NCBI GenBank assembly: GCA_965645245.1
Contig: OZ287084.1
Location: 186,001-250,000 of the forward strand
DNA: 64,000 bases
Direction: 5' to 3'
Source of the DNA: Massalongia carnosa
Lineage: Eukaryota
Under the pieces are notes generated by a model. That model was not told the origin of the DNA. It worked only from the letters and a program-made list of their open reading frames with translations, and made no database searches. Within the stretch, counting starts at the first letter, position 1; each line of letters opens with the position of its first letter. Of this stretch, positions 36,666 through 48,900 are shown in pieces. The translations under genes were made by a program, and so were the position numbers.

Positions 36666-39600
36666 TATTTCGTTTCCGTCACGTGAAACTCGCATTTGTC
36701 CACGTCCGCTTGGAGTCCTGCCTCTCGAAGTTTTGATAGAACGGCACTTACATGTTCCCGATGCTCTTTCAGATTCTTGCTATAAATTAGGATTTCGTCC
36801 AGATAAGCCGTGCAGAACTTGTCCAAATATTCAAACAGCACGTCGTTGATAAAGTGCTGCCAGGTCGATGGTCCTCCGGAAAGTCCAAACGGTAATACCT
36901 TTGTATTTATAGGCACCGAAACGGGAGTTAAACGTGGTCAAATCTTCAGATTCCATATCCATTCGGAGTTTGTGAAACGCTTGTCGGATGTCGATTTTCG
37001 AAAAGATCTTGGCCTCTTTCAGCTGTGCCAATGTTTCTTCTATCAGAGGGATCGGATAGCGGTCTTTCTTTGATAACTGGTTCAACCGTCGATAATCGAC
37101 ACAAAAGCGAAGTCCTCCATTAGGCTTCCTGGCTAGAAGAATCGGGGACGAGCAAGCAGCGTGACTAGCCTCGATAAACCCCTTTCGAAGGTTGTCCTCG
37201 AGGTATTTCTTGACGAATTCGAGCTCTTTTTGCGACATACTCCTAAGTGGGCTATGCCCGTGATCTTTCCCTCCTTCCAGAATAATTCGGTGGTCATATG
37301 GTCGATGAGGTGCGAGCGTGTCCGATGCAGCCTTGGAAAAGACGTCCAGAAACCCGTGATATTCCTGGGGAACTACCGTCTTCGGGTCAGTCGGTGGGCG
37401 GTCTTCTTTGTTGAGCTGATACTCGATGTCTTTCAAAGAGATGGAGAACAATTCGACGTCCTTTCGTCTGGAAAGCAGTCGGTAAGCAGCAGCCCCTATC
37501 ATGGCCATCTCTATCGGCTTATCTTCGGTTGAATGTCCATCCACGGTTTCTGTAGATGGTAAGTCTGTTAGTCTTTCTGATAGTCTAACATTAGCCTTGT
37601 CAGCTACCACATTCGACTGCATGGACGGTTCTGGTTTGATCTTTTCGGGTTCTTTCTGTTCAGTCTTTTGTTCTTGGGTCCGTGTCAATATCATGACATT
37701 TCTGGGTTCTGTAGTCTTCGGAGTCTTCGTCGTTTCTGACTTCTGAAGTGGTTTGGGTGCGCCTGGATGGGAACAGTGGCCGGGCCAGAAGATTATCTTG
37801 TCAAGGGCCATGTCGATAACTACTCCATGTTTCCTCATCCATGGTTTGCCCAGGATCATCTTATGTTGGCCTAGAGTGGTGATCAGAAGAGGCGCCACAG
37901 TCTCTTTGTGGTCTTGTACGGTGAGGGTGGGGTAGATGGCATGAGTGATGTCTTTACCCCGTTTAACATCAAAGCCTTTCACCGGTTTCGGTCGTGTCAG
38001 TTTCTGAGGGGAAATTTGAAGCTTTTCACAAACTTCACGCGCTGTTGCTTCATCAATAAAAGCATGTCCTGTAGCACCAGTGTCCAACAGTCCCATTACT
38101 TTCATTTCTTCGCTGTTACCTAGCCTACACTGTATGACTAGAGGTTCATCCGTAAATAAATCGCCTGGTAAACAGCTAGATGAAATCAACAAAGGTTCAC
38201 CTCCATCCGCGCCTTTGGTGGAGGTCATTCTTTTCCCGAGTCGGCAACCTCAGCGATTTCTTGTACTTTCGCTGGCCGATTCTTCTTTTCGCAGTTCCTC
38301 GATATATGTCCAGTTTCTTTGCAAAAGAAACAACGACCTTCTCTAGTCAGTCGTTCCTTCTCCTCCTCCGTCATGTAAGAGGTGGTTCTAGTGGTCGGGG
38401 TGCTGGTGATGGGTCGAGGTGGTACGTAGGTCTTGGTGGAAGTCGTCGTTTTCGTGGCCGTGGCGCTGGGGGTCGGAGCCGTGCTAGAACGTCTTTCAGC
38501 ATAACGTTCCATACTAGCCTTACTCCGGTCTGAGTCCTTGAGGTCCTGGTATAAGCGTTGGCACTTTTGCGCAAACGCATAGAGGTCGGTTGGTGCCTGG
38601 TTGCCGGTGGCCAATTGTCGTGACATTTCCCAGGAAAGCTTGTACTTCAACTCGCTGATTAGCGTGGCCTCATTATGCTCTAACTCAGCTGCTAGGCGCT
38701 GGAACTCAGCCCAAAAGGTGTTAAAGTCCTTGTTTCCTTGCTTGAGGGCTCGGAAGCTGTTCATTGCGTTTTGTTTTCGGTTGGGGTCGCCGTAGGTGCG
38801 TTCCAATTGGTCAAACATTTCTTCGGCCGTCACAAAGGGGCGAATTGCACCTTTTCGGAGTCGAGGTTCCAGGTGCCCCATGGCTTCTCCTCCGACTCGG
38901 TTCTCCACGTACGCCTTCTTAAGCACTTCTGTTGGCATGTGGTCCTCGTTGGCCGCTAATTTGCTTCGCATCTTTGTCAGCCAATGGTCAATGGAAATCT
39001 CCTTTCCATCAGTAAAAATGGGAGGGAGGAAGTTTCATGGACTTCTTCTTGTCGATAGTGCCGTCGGTCCGTTGGGTGCTTGGTGTCCGAGAAGGAGAGC
39101 GAGGGCGCAACCGTTCCCGAGTCTTGTTGGTTGGTATTGCGGAAGCCTGGCGACGTGCTTCCCTCAGTTCTTCCTTTTGGTATTCGACAATTCCTTCTAG
39201 CTGGTTCATTCTTTTCTGGAAGATTTCGGCCATGTCAGTGGCGAGATTGCTTCTGTCGATGGAGTCGTTATAGGCTTTCTTCAGTTCCTGAAGCATGTCG
39301 GACACAGCCTGGCCGTCGTGCTTCATCCATGCCTTCAGTTGTCGAAAGTTCTCGATCATCAGAGGTTCCGTTACCTCCAATTCGTCATCTGTCTCTTGGG
39401 TCGTCGGAATCATCGATTCTCGTCGGGTTGGGAGTTCAATCCCGGTTCCTGTGGATCGTGCCATCGCTATAGGGGAGGCCTCCTTCGGTGTCTATGTCTA
39501 GTTCTGGTTCGGTTCTGGTTCGGTTCTGGTTCGGATTCTGGTTCGGTTTCGGGTTCTGGTGCCAACACTGTGGCGATCTTCGGTTTCTTCGGTTCTTCGT

Positions 39601-40342
39601 GTTTCGTTCAATTCGTCTTTTGGGTTCTGGGTTCTTCTGATTTCGTTCTTCGGGTGAGTTCTTTTATATCCCTCACGTAGGATAGCAGGGTAAATATGAT
39701 CTTTATTGTAATGTTATGATCTACCTAGAGACAAGTCATAGGGACACTAGAAATGAATACAATAAAGATAAAGAAGAAAAAGCCAATCGATATCCCGAAC
39801 CTGTCCCTCCTCTACTGCGCTAGTATCCATGTGGTATAGTCGCGGTAGAATCTTCTCGTGACTGCAGGAACAAAATCGAAGGTGCGGGCATCTACGGTTT
39901 GGTGCCGAATTGATCCGAGTTCCGAGGTCGTGCCGAGTAGAATCGTGACACATAAGACTAGGGTTTTGTCTGTCAATTAATTCGGTAGGTGTTCATTGAA
40001 CTAATAGGTGTTCATTGTGCTGTAGGAGTTGGATATTCCGTAATTCGTGATATTTCAATACGAACCCGTCATAAATACACCTGTTGAATACGATAAACGC
40101 TGTTCGGTTGATTAAGCGCTCCGGGCTCTTTCATCTGAATTATGCGGCTAATCAGAGACTTTCAACTAATGATGACGTCAGTGAAGTAACTAACTCCTCG
40201 GCTCGTTTCAAGCCTGAAATATCAAATCCACTCGCCTAATACCTCAACACCATCCGACTTCGCGCTCTCCTTCGTCCCTTCCTTCGATCATCTCGTCGTC
40301 GTGTATCCTACCGTTGCACAGCGCAGTACGGTCTCTTTTCTA

Positions 40343-42310
40343 ATGCCTGTTACCTCGCGATACAATTCTGTCCTCGCCGAAAATAACAGGCGGCAACCCG
40401 AAATTGGCTCTCTGGACGCTCCCCAGTTTGACCAACCCTCTTTCACTCATCCTGCACCACTCTCTCGGCCAACCCCCGCTAAACGGAAGCGATCGCAAGA
40501 CTCTGAAGCGGAATTCGACAAGCCAGAAGGCGTGCTTCCTCCAAAACAGCCGCGAAAACACTCGTCTTCCGGACGCTCTGGAGGGGCTTTGGAAGCAGAC
40601 TCTGTGGCGGAAGTCGATAAGCTAGAAGGCGTGCGCCATTTCGAAGAGCCCCAGAAACTCTCTCGCCGGCCCTCGCCTGTCCAACCATCTCCCCCCTCTC
40701 CTGCACCTATCTCTCAGTCGGCCGGCACCAAAAGGAGGCGACTGCAAGAGCCTGAAGCCGAAGTGGAAGCCGACGAGCGAGAAGCCGTACGCGCTTCCAA
40801 ACGGCCTCGAGAACTCCCTCCCTCCGAGCTCCTTGAGAAGATCTCGCCAAAGGACTCTGAAGTTGACGCCAAGATCGACAAGCTAGACGACGTGCAAGGA
40901 CTCTCTCCGCTCTCTGACGAGGACTTACACTCACTCTATGAGGAAGTGATGGACTCCACAGCCAACAATGCTCGACCTGGAAGCATCAAACGGTCCTCTT
41001 CACGACGTTCCACAACCGCAGGGTCGAACGTAACCCAGGAAACAACCCGGACCAAAGGCTCCTCCAGCACCAACGCCCACTACCGCTTCGAAGTTCTTGC
41101 TCCTGCCCAGATCAACATCCATGCCGATCCGCCTCCTAAAAACATCCAAGACGCGATCGACGCCATAGTCTTGGCCATCCCCCCCGAGGGGCGCCGTGAG
41201 CAACTCGAACGCATAGCTCGAGAGTTCCAAACCCGTTGCATCGAACGAGCCAGAGCTTCGGTAGGTGAAAATGACTTTGTTAAAATCCTCCACGATGCCC
41301 TCGATGCGATGGGCTTTGACATTCTCTGCCTCCGTACAAACGCCGACTGGAACGATCGGCTTAAGCCCAAGATCCAGCATTCGCCTTACAATGTGAGTGT
41401 TCTGCGCTTCAAGGGCGGTCGTCAGCAACAACAGGTCGAAGAGGCCTCGGCTCCACCACCAGCGAAACGCCAGCAGCAGGCTGTCGGCCAACCGTACATC
41501 TCCCCTCAGCTCTCATTGGCCAACGAATCCGATCTTCCGCCAAACAACGGGCCACAGGAACCGGCGACAGTGCTTCCTCTCGCCCTACCCCTTGTCCCGG
41601 AGAAAGAGGGAACGATCAAAACCCCCCGTCCTGACATCACAATAGGCCTGCAATTGAGGGCTCTAGCCTCTGGCCTCTCATCGCAAGGTCTCAACGAAGT
41701 CGATGCCCTGCTATTTCTTAAAGACCTTCAGAGAGTGATGGAGAGTCGCGAGCCAGACGGGCTGGAAGAACCGATGCTGATCTCTGTGCCTGCTCCGCGC
41801 GCGTCAGATCTCGTCTTCCCATTCGGTGTTGATGAGGGCAAGGCCTACTTGACTGGCAAACAAATCTCTGAGGCAGAGAACCAGGCCGCAGGTTCCGGAG
41901 CTTGTGCGATCAAGATGCAGCTTCGTCTGGATGAGCTGGTTAAGCGCAACACTGCGGAACCCTTCATGCAACAACACCCGACGAGTTCCGATGGTCTACC
42001 CGCACCCTCCGAGGATCCACCCCCGAAACTACCTCCACCATCAGAAGACCAAATCCCACTCTTCTTTCCCATCTGCACCGAAGGCCCGCTCCACGTGCTC
42101 TGGGTCCAGTGGACCGAGGTTAAACATGGTAAGCGCCAGTACAACATGAGGCCTTTGAAATGTGTTTACGGGGTGTTGCCGGACGGCTTGGTGGACTTTT
42201 TTGTCATGGTGGACAACGTGTTGCGCTGGGGCACAGGTCATTTTCTGGAATCGCTGGCGGTGCGTCTGGGAAAGGTGGCAAGGAATACCGAGACAAAGGG
42301 TTATTCATAG
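40343..42310 (+). CDS. Uncharacterised protein: disordered NLS-rich N-terminus plus PD-(D/E)xK-like (DUF7924-type) C-terminal domain
   Basis: Long uninterrupted ORF; KRKR/KRRR clusters; TPRPDITIG ... FPFGVDEGK ... AENQAAGSGACA. Confidence 0.7.
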   Translation: MPVTSRYNSVLAENNRRQPEIGSLDAPQFDQPSFTHPAPLSRPTPAKRKRSQDSEAEFDKPEGVLPPKQPRKHSSSGRSGGALEADSVAEVDKLEGVRHFEEPQKLSRRPSPVQPSPPSPAPISQSAGTKRRRLQEPEAEVEADEREAVRASKRPRELPPSELLEKISPKDSEVDAKIDKLDDVQGLSPLSDEDLHSLYEEVMDSTANNARPGSIKRSSSRRSTTAGSNVTQETTRTKGSSSTNAHYRFEVLAPAQINIHADPPPKNIQDAIDAIVLAIPPEGRREQLERIAREFQTRCIERARASVGENDFVKILHDALDAMGFDILCLRTNADWNDRLKPKIQHSPYNVSVLRFKGGRQQQQVEEASAPPPAKRQQQAVGQPYISPQLSLANESDLPPNNGPQEPATVLPLALPLVPEKEGTIKTPRPDITIGLQLRALASGLSSQGLNEVDALLFLKDLQRVMESREPDGLEEPMLISVPAPRASDLVFPFGVDEGKAYLTGKQISEAENQAAGSGACAIKMQLRLDELVKRNTAEPFMQQHPTSSDGLPAPSEDPPPKLPPPSEDQIPLFFPICTEGPLHVLWVQWTEVKHGKRQYNMRPLKCVYGVLPDGLVDFFVMVDNVLRWGTGHFLESLAVRLGKVARNTETKGYS

Positions 42311-43090
42311 GTGAAATCGATCAATTTTCTTTCAATATTTTATCCTTTCTCTACATTTAACAAGAAGAAAACGTGATACGAGACATGCGTATGCGGAGAA
42401 TGTCATTCAGAGCATGAAAATAAAGCCAGTACACTACTATGACAAATCAAAGAACACAAGGCAACACGATTGATCTTAACCTATGTTTTCTGACTGCCTG
42501 CCTTCAGGCTTCTCTTTACCTATCAGGTTAAGTTAAGCTTTTCTTCCTCCTCTAAAGCCAACATAATCAAGAAAAGCTCAATCAATAGACCAAGTTCTCT
42601 AATGCATGAAACACTCTCGCTCGTGTCAAGCCCATGATGTATATAAATATATACATATATCAATCACAGTTTCTTCTACTTTTTACTTTCTTTCTTTCTT
42701 TCTCTTTTCTGTAATCAAGTTCTTGATTAACTGTCAATCGATGCTGTTTCTGATTTTCTTTTCTTTTCTCTTTCGGTTTCTTCAACGAACGAGCTCGAGA
42801 GGAATGTGAGGCGTGCTTGATAATTCACAATTCATATATCTTAAGTCATCTTCATGATTACGGGGAGTAAACATCAATCAGAATTCTCGATGTCGAGCTT
42901 TCTTTTTCGTCTTCGTCGTCTTTTTCGACTGGTAAATACCTGTTAAAGTTTTTCTATCTCGGAAGATTTGAAATAAGATTAGTAGGATTAAGCAGGAGGG
43001 TTTTTTCATGAGGAGAAGGGAAAAAAAGGAGAAAAATAATAATAAAAATAATAAAAAGATAACAAAAAACGAAATTACAACATTTACGAG

Positions 43091-43897
43091 TGTCAAGGAC
43101 TGGGCAGGGGATTGAACTAATGTTCCTAGGAATTGGATTGGGTGATCAAGATGTCTTTATTAATAAGGCTATAGCTAGGTGATGGATTGCTATACAAGAC
43201 GTCGGACAAGGAGTCAACTATCTAATTAACTTGTCCTTCCTTTTATATTTGTCTCGAACCCCTTTGCATGAAGATTCGATCAGTGTTCATCTCCCCCTAT
43301 TAGGAGACGTACGGCACGAAGGTTTCACGAGGTGTTTGACGATAAAAGGTGGAGATGAGGTTCTCCTGTCGTTGGTACGCTTTGATGGTGATGGTACAGC
43401 TTTGACCTGTCATGGAATTACCTCGCACCCTCCCACGTTTCCTGATCGGGTTAGTATTTAACAGGCTCTCTTGCCGTGAAACCTGCCCTGCATGTTGAAT
43501 AGAACCGTGGCCCGTTATTCCGAACTATCCTGAAACCTCGCCCCATGTGTTCAGACGTTCTTCCGCTGCCTTCAGTGCACTCCCAAACTCCTATATCCCG
43601 AATCCAATCTCAACGTCTCCACTATCCAAGCCTACGACTGGGATTGCCCAGCAGAGAGAGATTGCTTCGGCATGGAGAAAGGCGGAACAGGTCAAAGCGA
43701 TCATGGTTAGGAAATTAGAACAGGAACAGAGATGAGGGCAAGTCAAGAATAGGGGAGTTGGAAGCCATGGCTATAAAACCTATGTGGTTTCTCAGGTGTT
43801 TGGAGCTCTTCGTCGGACGTCTTGTATACTATCCCTAGACCTAGCTTTCTAAATAGTAACTCTTGTATATCTCCCTATCTGGAACTTGTCCGTGACA
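43091..43897. mobile_element. LTR-like remnants (two related ends in opposite orientation)
   Basis: TGTCAAGGAC ... GTCCGTGACA termini and an inverted shared motif GACGTCTTGTATA..CCTAGCT; flanks do not form a TSD. Confidence 0.4.
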
Positions 43898-44299
43898 TGA
43901 CCTGAAGCCGTTGAGAGGGGTCTAAACTCGATTTAGTTAATGAGATTCTGACTAAGCTGAATAGAGGAACGGGAGCTTAGTCAGATTCATCTGCGGGATT
44001 GATTCTTGGATCGGGTTGGTTCGATTTCATGACAACGCAATTGACATATATAAATTCAAAAGACAAAGAATAAATTCTGAGAATATTGTTTTATCAATTA
44101 ATAAACAGATAAATTTTCAATACAAATAATCTTACAGCGCCGCCGTATAAGGCTGATTATTATTGAGCCTAATGACTCAGCGGTACTGAAAACTGTCATA
44201 CTATAGTCAGGTAAAGCGATAACTAATGGGACGGGCGAAGGTCTGAGCCCACGGAGGAACGTCCGCCCATAGTTTGTTATGGTCTACCTAGAGACTAGT

Positions 44300-45737
44300 T
44301 GTGACGAAGCGAGATAGTACAACCTATCCGGCGATTTAGTTGTTAGTACGATACATACCTCGATCTACATTAACTATACTCGATATGGCTTAGACGTTTG
44401 GAACAACTTTTATCTTCACTTTTTCATTTTTTCATCAGCATCATGGAGTCCGTTCAGCCTGCACCCGTCACACCCATTAAACAAAAGGAATTATCTCGAG
44501 ATACGCGTCTTCAAATCCAAACTCTGAAAGATGTAGCTGGATGGAGCTATTCTCGAATTGCCAATGAATTGAGAATCACAGCTCGTCAGGTTCAGTATGC
44601 TTGCACTACCGATCGACTCACTCCGCAAAAGAAACGATGCGGACGAAAACCCTTGATTGATGCTAAGTCTCAAGAGGTATTAGTTGAATTTGTATGCGCA
44701 TCAATAAGAAATCGTCAAATGCCTTACTGTCAAATTCCCTTGACACTGGGGTGGAATGTTTCTGAAGATGCCATACGAAGAGCACTAAAATCGCAAGGTT
44801 TTTCGAGACATGTCGCTCGTCGAAAGCCTCCTATCTCCGAAGTCAATCGAGTTCGACGTTTGAATTGGGCGATGGAGCATTTGGATTGGACCAGGGAACA
44901 ATGGGAGAGAATTATATGGAGCGACGAGACATGGGTCACAGGCTCTAGACATCGAAAGATATTCGTGACCAGAAGAGCTCATGAAGAATATGACCCCACC
45001 TGCGTTGTTTCCAAGCCTCCTCGTCGAGGTGGATGGATGTTTTGGGGATACTTTTTTGGTACTACGAAAGGACCTTGTTTATTTTGGGAAAAGGACTGGG
45101 GTAGCATCAATAAAGACTCTTATTGTCAGCGAATTGTTCCCATTGTTCATGGCTGGATGAGAATGAACTCGGGACTGCTTTTCATGCAAGATAATGCCCC
45201 AGGTCATGCAGCTGAATTAACCCTTCAGGAATTTCGCGATAGAGGAGTTTCAGTCATCGAATGGCCTCCCTTCTCACCCGACTTGAATCCTATTGAAACT
45301 GTTTGGCGAATAATGAAGGACTGGATACAAAATGTTTATGGAGACGAGGATAAACTCTCGTATGATGCTCTACGAAAGGCAGTGAGGGAGTCCTGGGATA
45401 CTATATCTTCAGAACAATTGGGAGGGTTAATTGACTCTATGCATGATCGATGTGTAGCTGTTCAAATGGCAAACGGGATGTACACTAAATATTAATGAGA
45501 ATTGATTAGACGAAGCAGATTTAGTCATCAACCCTTTTTGGTATGGTGAAGTGGGTAAAATCCCTGCACGTACCTTACTAACAACTAAATCGCTGGATAC
45601 CATAGTAAATAGATTCCTCCCGACCAAAAGGCACAATACTTAGTCCGCAGACCAAGCTCTATTCTACTATAACTGGGACTCCTGCTATGTTCGCTGTAGG
45701 TGCTGCCATCCGCACCACGCATGGTCGAACCCTTACA
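44300..45737 (-). mobile_element. Solo LTR family D (middle shell)
   Basis: TGTGACGAAGCG...CCTTACA; TSD CTAGT at 44295-44299 and 45738-45742; homologous to 52547-52707. Confidence 0.9.
44320..45605 (+). mobile_element. Tc1-type transposon with an intact DD34E transposase (CDS 44443-45495)
   Basis: WSDETW, FMQDNAPGH, SPDLNPIE with 34 residues between D and E. TIR core TATCC(G/A)GCGATTTAGTTGTTAGTA with divergent outer bases; TA TSD. Confidence 0.95.
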
Positions 45738-45966
45738 CTAGTCATAGGGACGCTAGAAACGAATACAATAAAGATGAAGAAGAGAAAAGACAATCGACAA
45801 CCAAAACCTGCCCCTATCTATCTCTACTGCGCTAGTACCCATGTGGTATAGTCGTCATGGAGTCTTCTATCTACGATTGCCCTAGGTGGTGCCGAGGTCG
45901 TGCCGAGTAGAATCGTGAAATAGTTGGCATAGTTGGTAGACGAAGAAACTCGACCTCGACTATGCC

Positions 45967-48900
45967 TGTGACGAAGCGAGATAGTGAATAGATTTCTACC
46001 ATTGCGCCACCTGTGTCAGGGTCCTAGCCTGACATAAGGCTGAGATAGAAGGGGGGATCACGGGAGCACGCGAGGCTAGCGCGACACTGGGTGCAGATAT
46101 TTCTAGCGAGTCACGCACAATAATTCTTTTCTTCTTTTGTAGATAAATTTTAGTTTAATAGCGGTTGATTAGAATCGACGACAGCTTCCTTACACAATTT
46201 ATCTACCTATTACTATTCTTTCTTCCAGAACTTCCAGTAGGGACGAGGTCCCGTTCCAGCAACTTTCTTCCAGATAGGGTGAAAACCCGTTCCAGTAACT
46301 TTCCAGACTGTTCGTTTGTGCGAATCCAAACCGATCCAAATTCCAGAACTTCCAGAACTTTTAGAATCAGGGAATCAAGCTTTCCCATTGTCAGAATCCA
46401 GTCATGAGCTCAAAAACGCCCATGACGGCGAGAAAGGCCGTAGCCACTCCCGCAGAGGCCCAGACCGGCCCAGCATTTAACACCCGCGCTCGTTCCGTCT
46501 CCCATCATTCGTCTCGCTCGGATAGCAGCATGCCGGGAACGTTTGAAGACTCCGAATTACCTCAGAACGAACAGATTAAAGAAACCACGGAGGGGACGTG
46601 GGAAAAAACCCCAAGAGCAGGACGTGAAAAAGAAAAGAGGTTTTTTCAGAAGATCGATGTCTCCGATCATCCATATTACGAGAAAGATGCCGCGGAACAT
46701 CCGTCCCACGTTGCAGCACACAGTTTGAAGGAATTGCAGAGCATCTTGCGAGACGAGAAAGAAGGACCCCGATGGTATGACTTCCTCGCGAGAGCGCTCG
46801 AATACGACAAGACCCTATTCAACAAATACATCTCCTTGCAGGGCGACCTGGAGAAGCTTGGCGAGGCCAACAAGATCAACAGACGTTACAAACAAGTACA
46901 TGAATGTCTCATCACGGAAAAAGACGATGCCGAACGAGAGGCCCTTCTCGCGCAAGAAGAACTATCGCATAGAGATATCGAATTGAAGGAAATGACTATA
47001 GCAAAAGAGAGATTACAGAAAGACATAGACTCCCTGGTCCGCCAGTTAGCGGAAACACGGGAAACACCACGTCATCAACGAGAAAATACCGTTACTACCC
47101 GAAGCACCAACACCAACCCCCAGAATTGGCGACCCCGTGGTATAAACCCTAGCAAGCCACTTAAAGGTGAGGACTCGGAGGAGTATAGCCCTTGGGCGTA
47201 CTCCGTCCGCAATAAACTGAAGACAGACGCACCCCTCTACGCCGATGAGAACGAAAAGGTCGGTTACGCGCTGTCTCAAATGGAAGAGCCGATCTTCGGG
47301 GCTATGCACTCTTGGATAGTGGATACGGGAGACTCACTATCGGCCGACGCTTTATTCGAAGAGATAGAGCACTATATGGGCATTCACCTCCAGAGCCGCG
47401 ACGCCAAGAAAGAACTCCTCACCGTCACCATGAAAGGGGGCGAAAGCGTCAGCGAGTATTATCACCGAATTTTCAAGCTATGGCAGAAAGCCAAAACTCC
47501 CGTTGACGAGCGAATTGAGAAGTTCCTCGTGACGTTAAAGCCTAGCATCTCCAACTCTCTTATGGGTTCAGTCTTTACTGATTTCCGCCCTTTACTTGAC
47601 GAAGCACGAAGAATCGAAGACCGCCGCAAAGATGTGGCGCACCACTTTCCTCGTCCCGATAAACCAGCCGCAACAAAGAATTCCAGCCAACGAAGCAACT
47701 TCTCCAGCGGACAATCCTCAACCCAGTCCTCCGGCGGAAAGTCCGCCTCATCCTCCATCAATCAAACCAGCTCCAAGAAATCTGATGATCGGCCGAATGC
47801 GAAGCTGATGCCAACGATAGTCAAACCGGCCGGTTGGGTAGGCACCTGGTATGATCAGACCCAAACCCAAAGAAGCTGAAGGATGACGAGCGCGAGTCCC
47901 TCTCCCGTCAACGCCGATGCTGGGCATGCAGGGGATCAGGACATCGAGGAATCGATACCATTTGTCCTCAATACAGGGACAAGAACTTGAGCACCATGAG
48001 AACAGTAGAAACAGATTCGGGAGCGGAATCTGAGGCGGGAAAAGCCTAGTCCTTGATCGAAATCGCGATCAAGGGCTTACAAACAAGGAGGTTGTTAATG
48101 GGAATGGTGACACTGAAACGAAAATGGTTAGGGTCTCTACTTGTGCTGTCCGCGATACTGAAAAGAAAATCGAGGGCAAGCATTTAGTTTTTAAAACTAG
48201 CATAGCTGGATTTAAAACCCGTTTACTTATCGATAATGGAAGTGAAGCTGAACTCATTGACGAATCCTTTGTGCGTAAACACAAATTGAACACCTTCAAA
48301 TTGGATAAGAAGGTGAAACTTACTTTGGGAAATGGAGAGGTAGTACAGCTCCTCTCGAAGGCCGCCTTGATCGACTTGAAAATCGGAGATCACGAAGAGC
48401 AAGTCTTATGTTATTTGGCAAAACTAGAAGCGTATGCAGTCATTTTAGGGGATGGATGGCTGCAAACGCACAACCCAATGATCAATTGGAAAGAGAGAAC
48501 GATGAAGTTCAACTCATCAGATTGTCTTGAAAAAGGATGTCTTACACGAGGGATAACTTGCACCGAATTCGCTGTGGGAAGCAAGGTTAAGAATAGGATC
48601 GAGCCTAAGGAAGACATCGAAGTTCTTCCAGTCAACGCAATACACTTCTTTCGAATGGCCAGAAAGAAGGATCACAACGGATACCTATGGATTCCCCGAG
48701 AAACAAAGAAGGCCTTCTGCGCAACTGCCACCGGAGCAGTGACATCAGGAGATTACGACAAGTTCATGAAGGGAAAACCGGAATACACCCGAGAGGAGTT
48801 GTTGAAGAGAGTCCCAGCAGCTTATCACAGCGTAATAGATGTTTTCATGAAGCACAAGGCGGATGAACTGCCTGAACACCGGAAGGAGGATCATCAGATA

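Larger units (their letters stand above)
32252..39950 (-). mobile_element. Full-length chromovirus Ty3/Gypsy element 1 (inactive)
   Basis: LTRs 39712-39950 and 32252-32488 (2 transitions plus a 2-bp indel), TSD CATAA. Gag with CFFCKETGHISRNC knuckle; LLDTGA protease; RT with YLDE instead of YLDD; RNase H; integrase; chromodomain EWELDDILD..FKVKWKG. Interrupted by a pogo insertion. Confidence 0.97.
44275..45920 (-). mobile_element. Solo LTR related to Gypsy 1 LTR (outer shell of a triple nest)
   Basis: TGTTATGGTCTACCTAGAGA...GCCGAGTAGAATCGTGAAA; TSD TAGTT at 44270-44274 and 45921-45925. Confidence 0.9.

Noticed and set aside
44220..44274. GC-rich stem-loop resembling a structured RNA or ribozyme
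   Set aside because: No hammerhead or HDV core recognised; single occurrence next to an LTR insertion.
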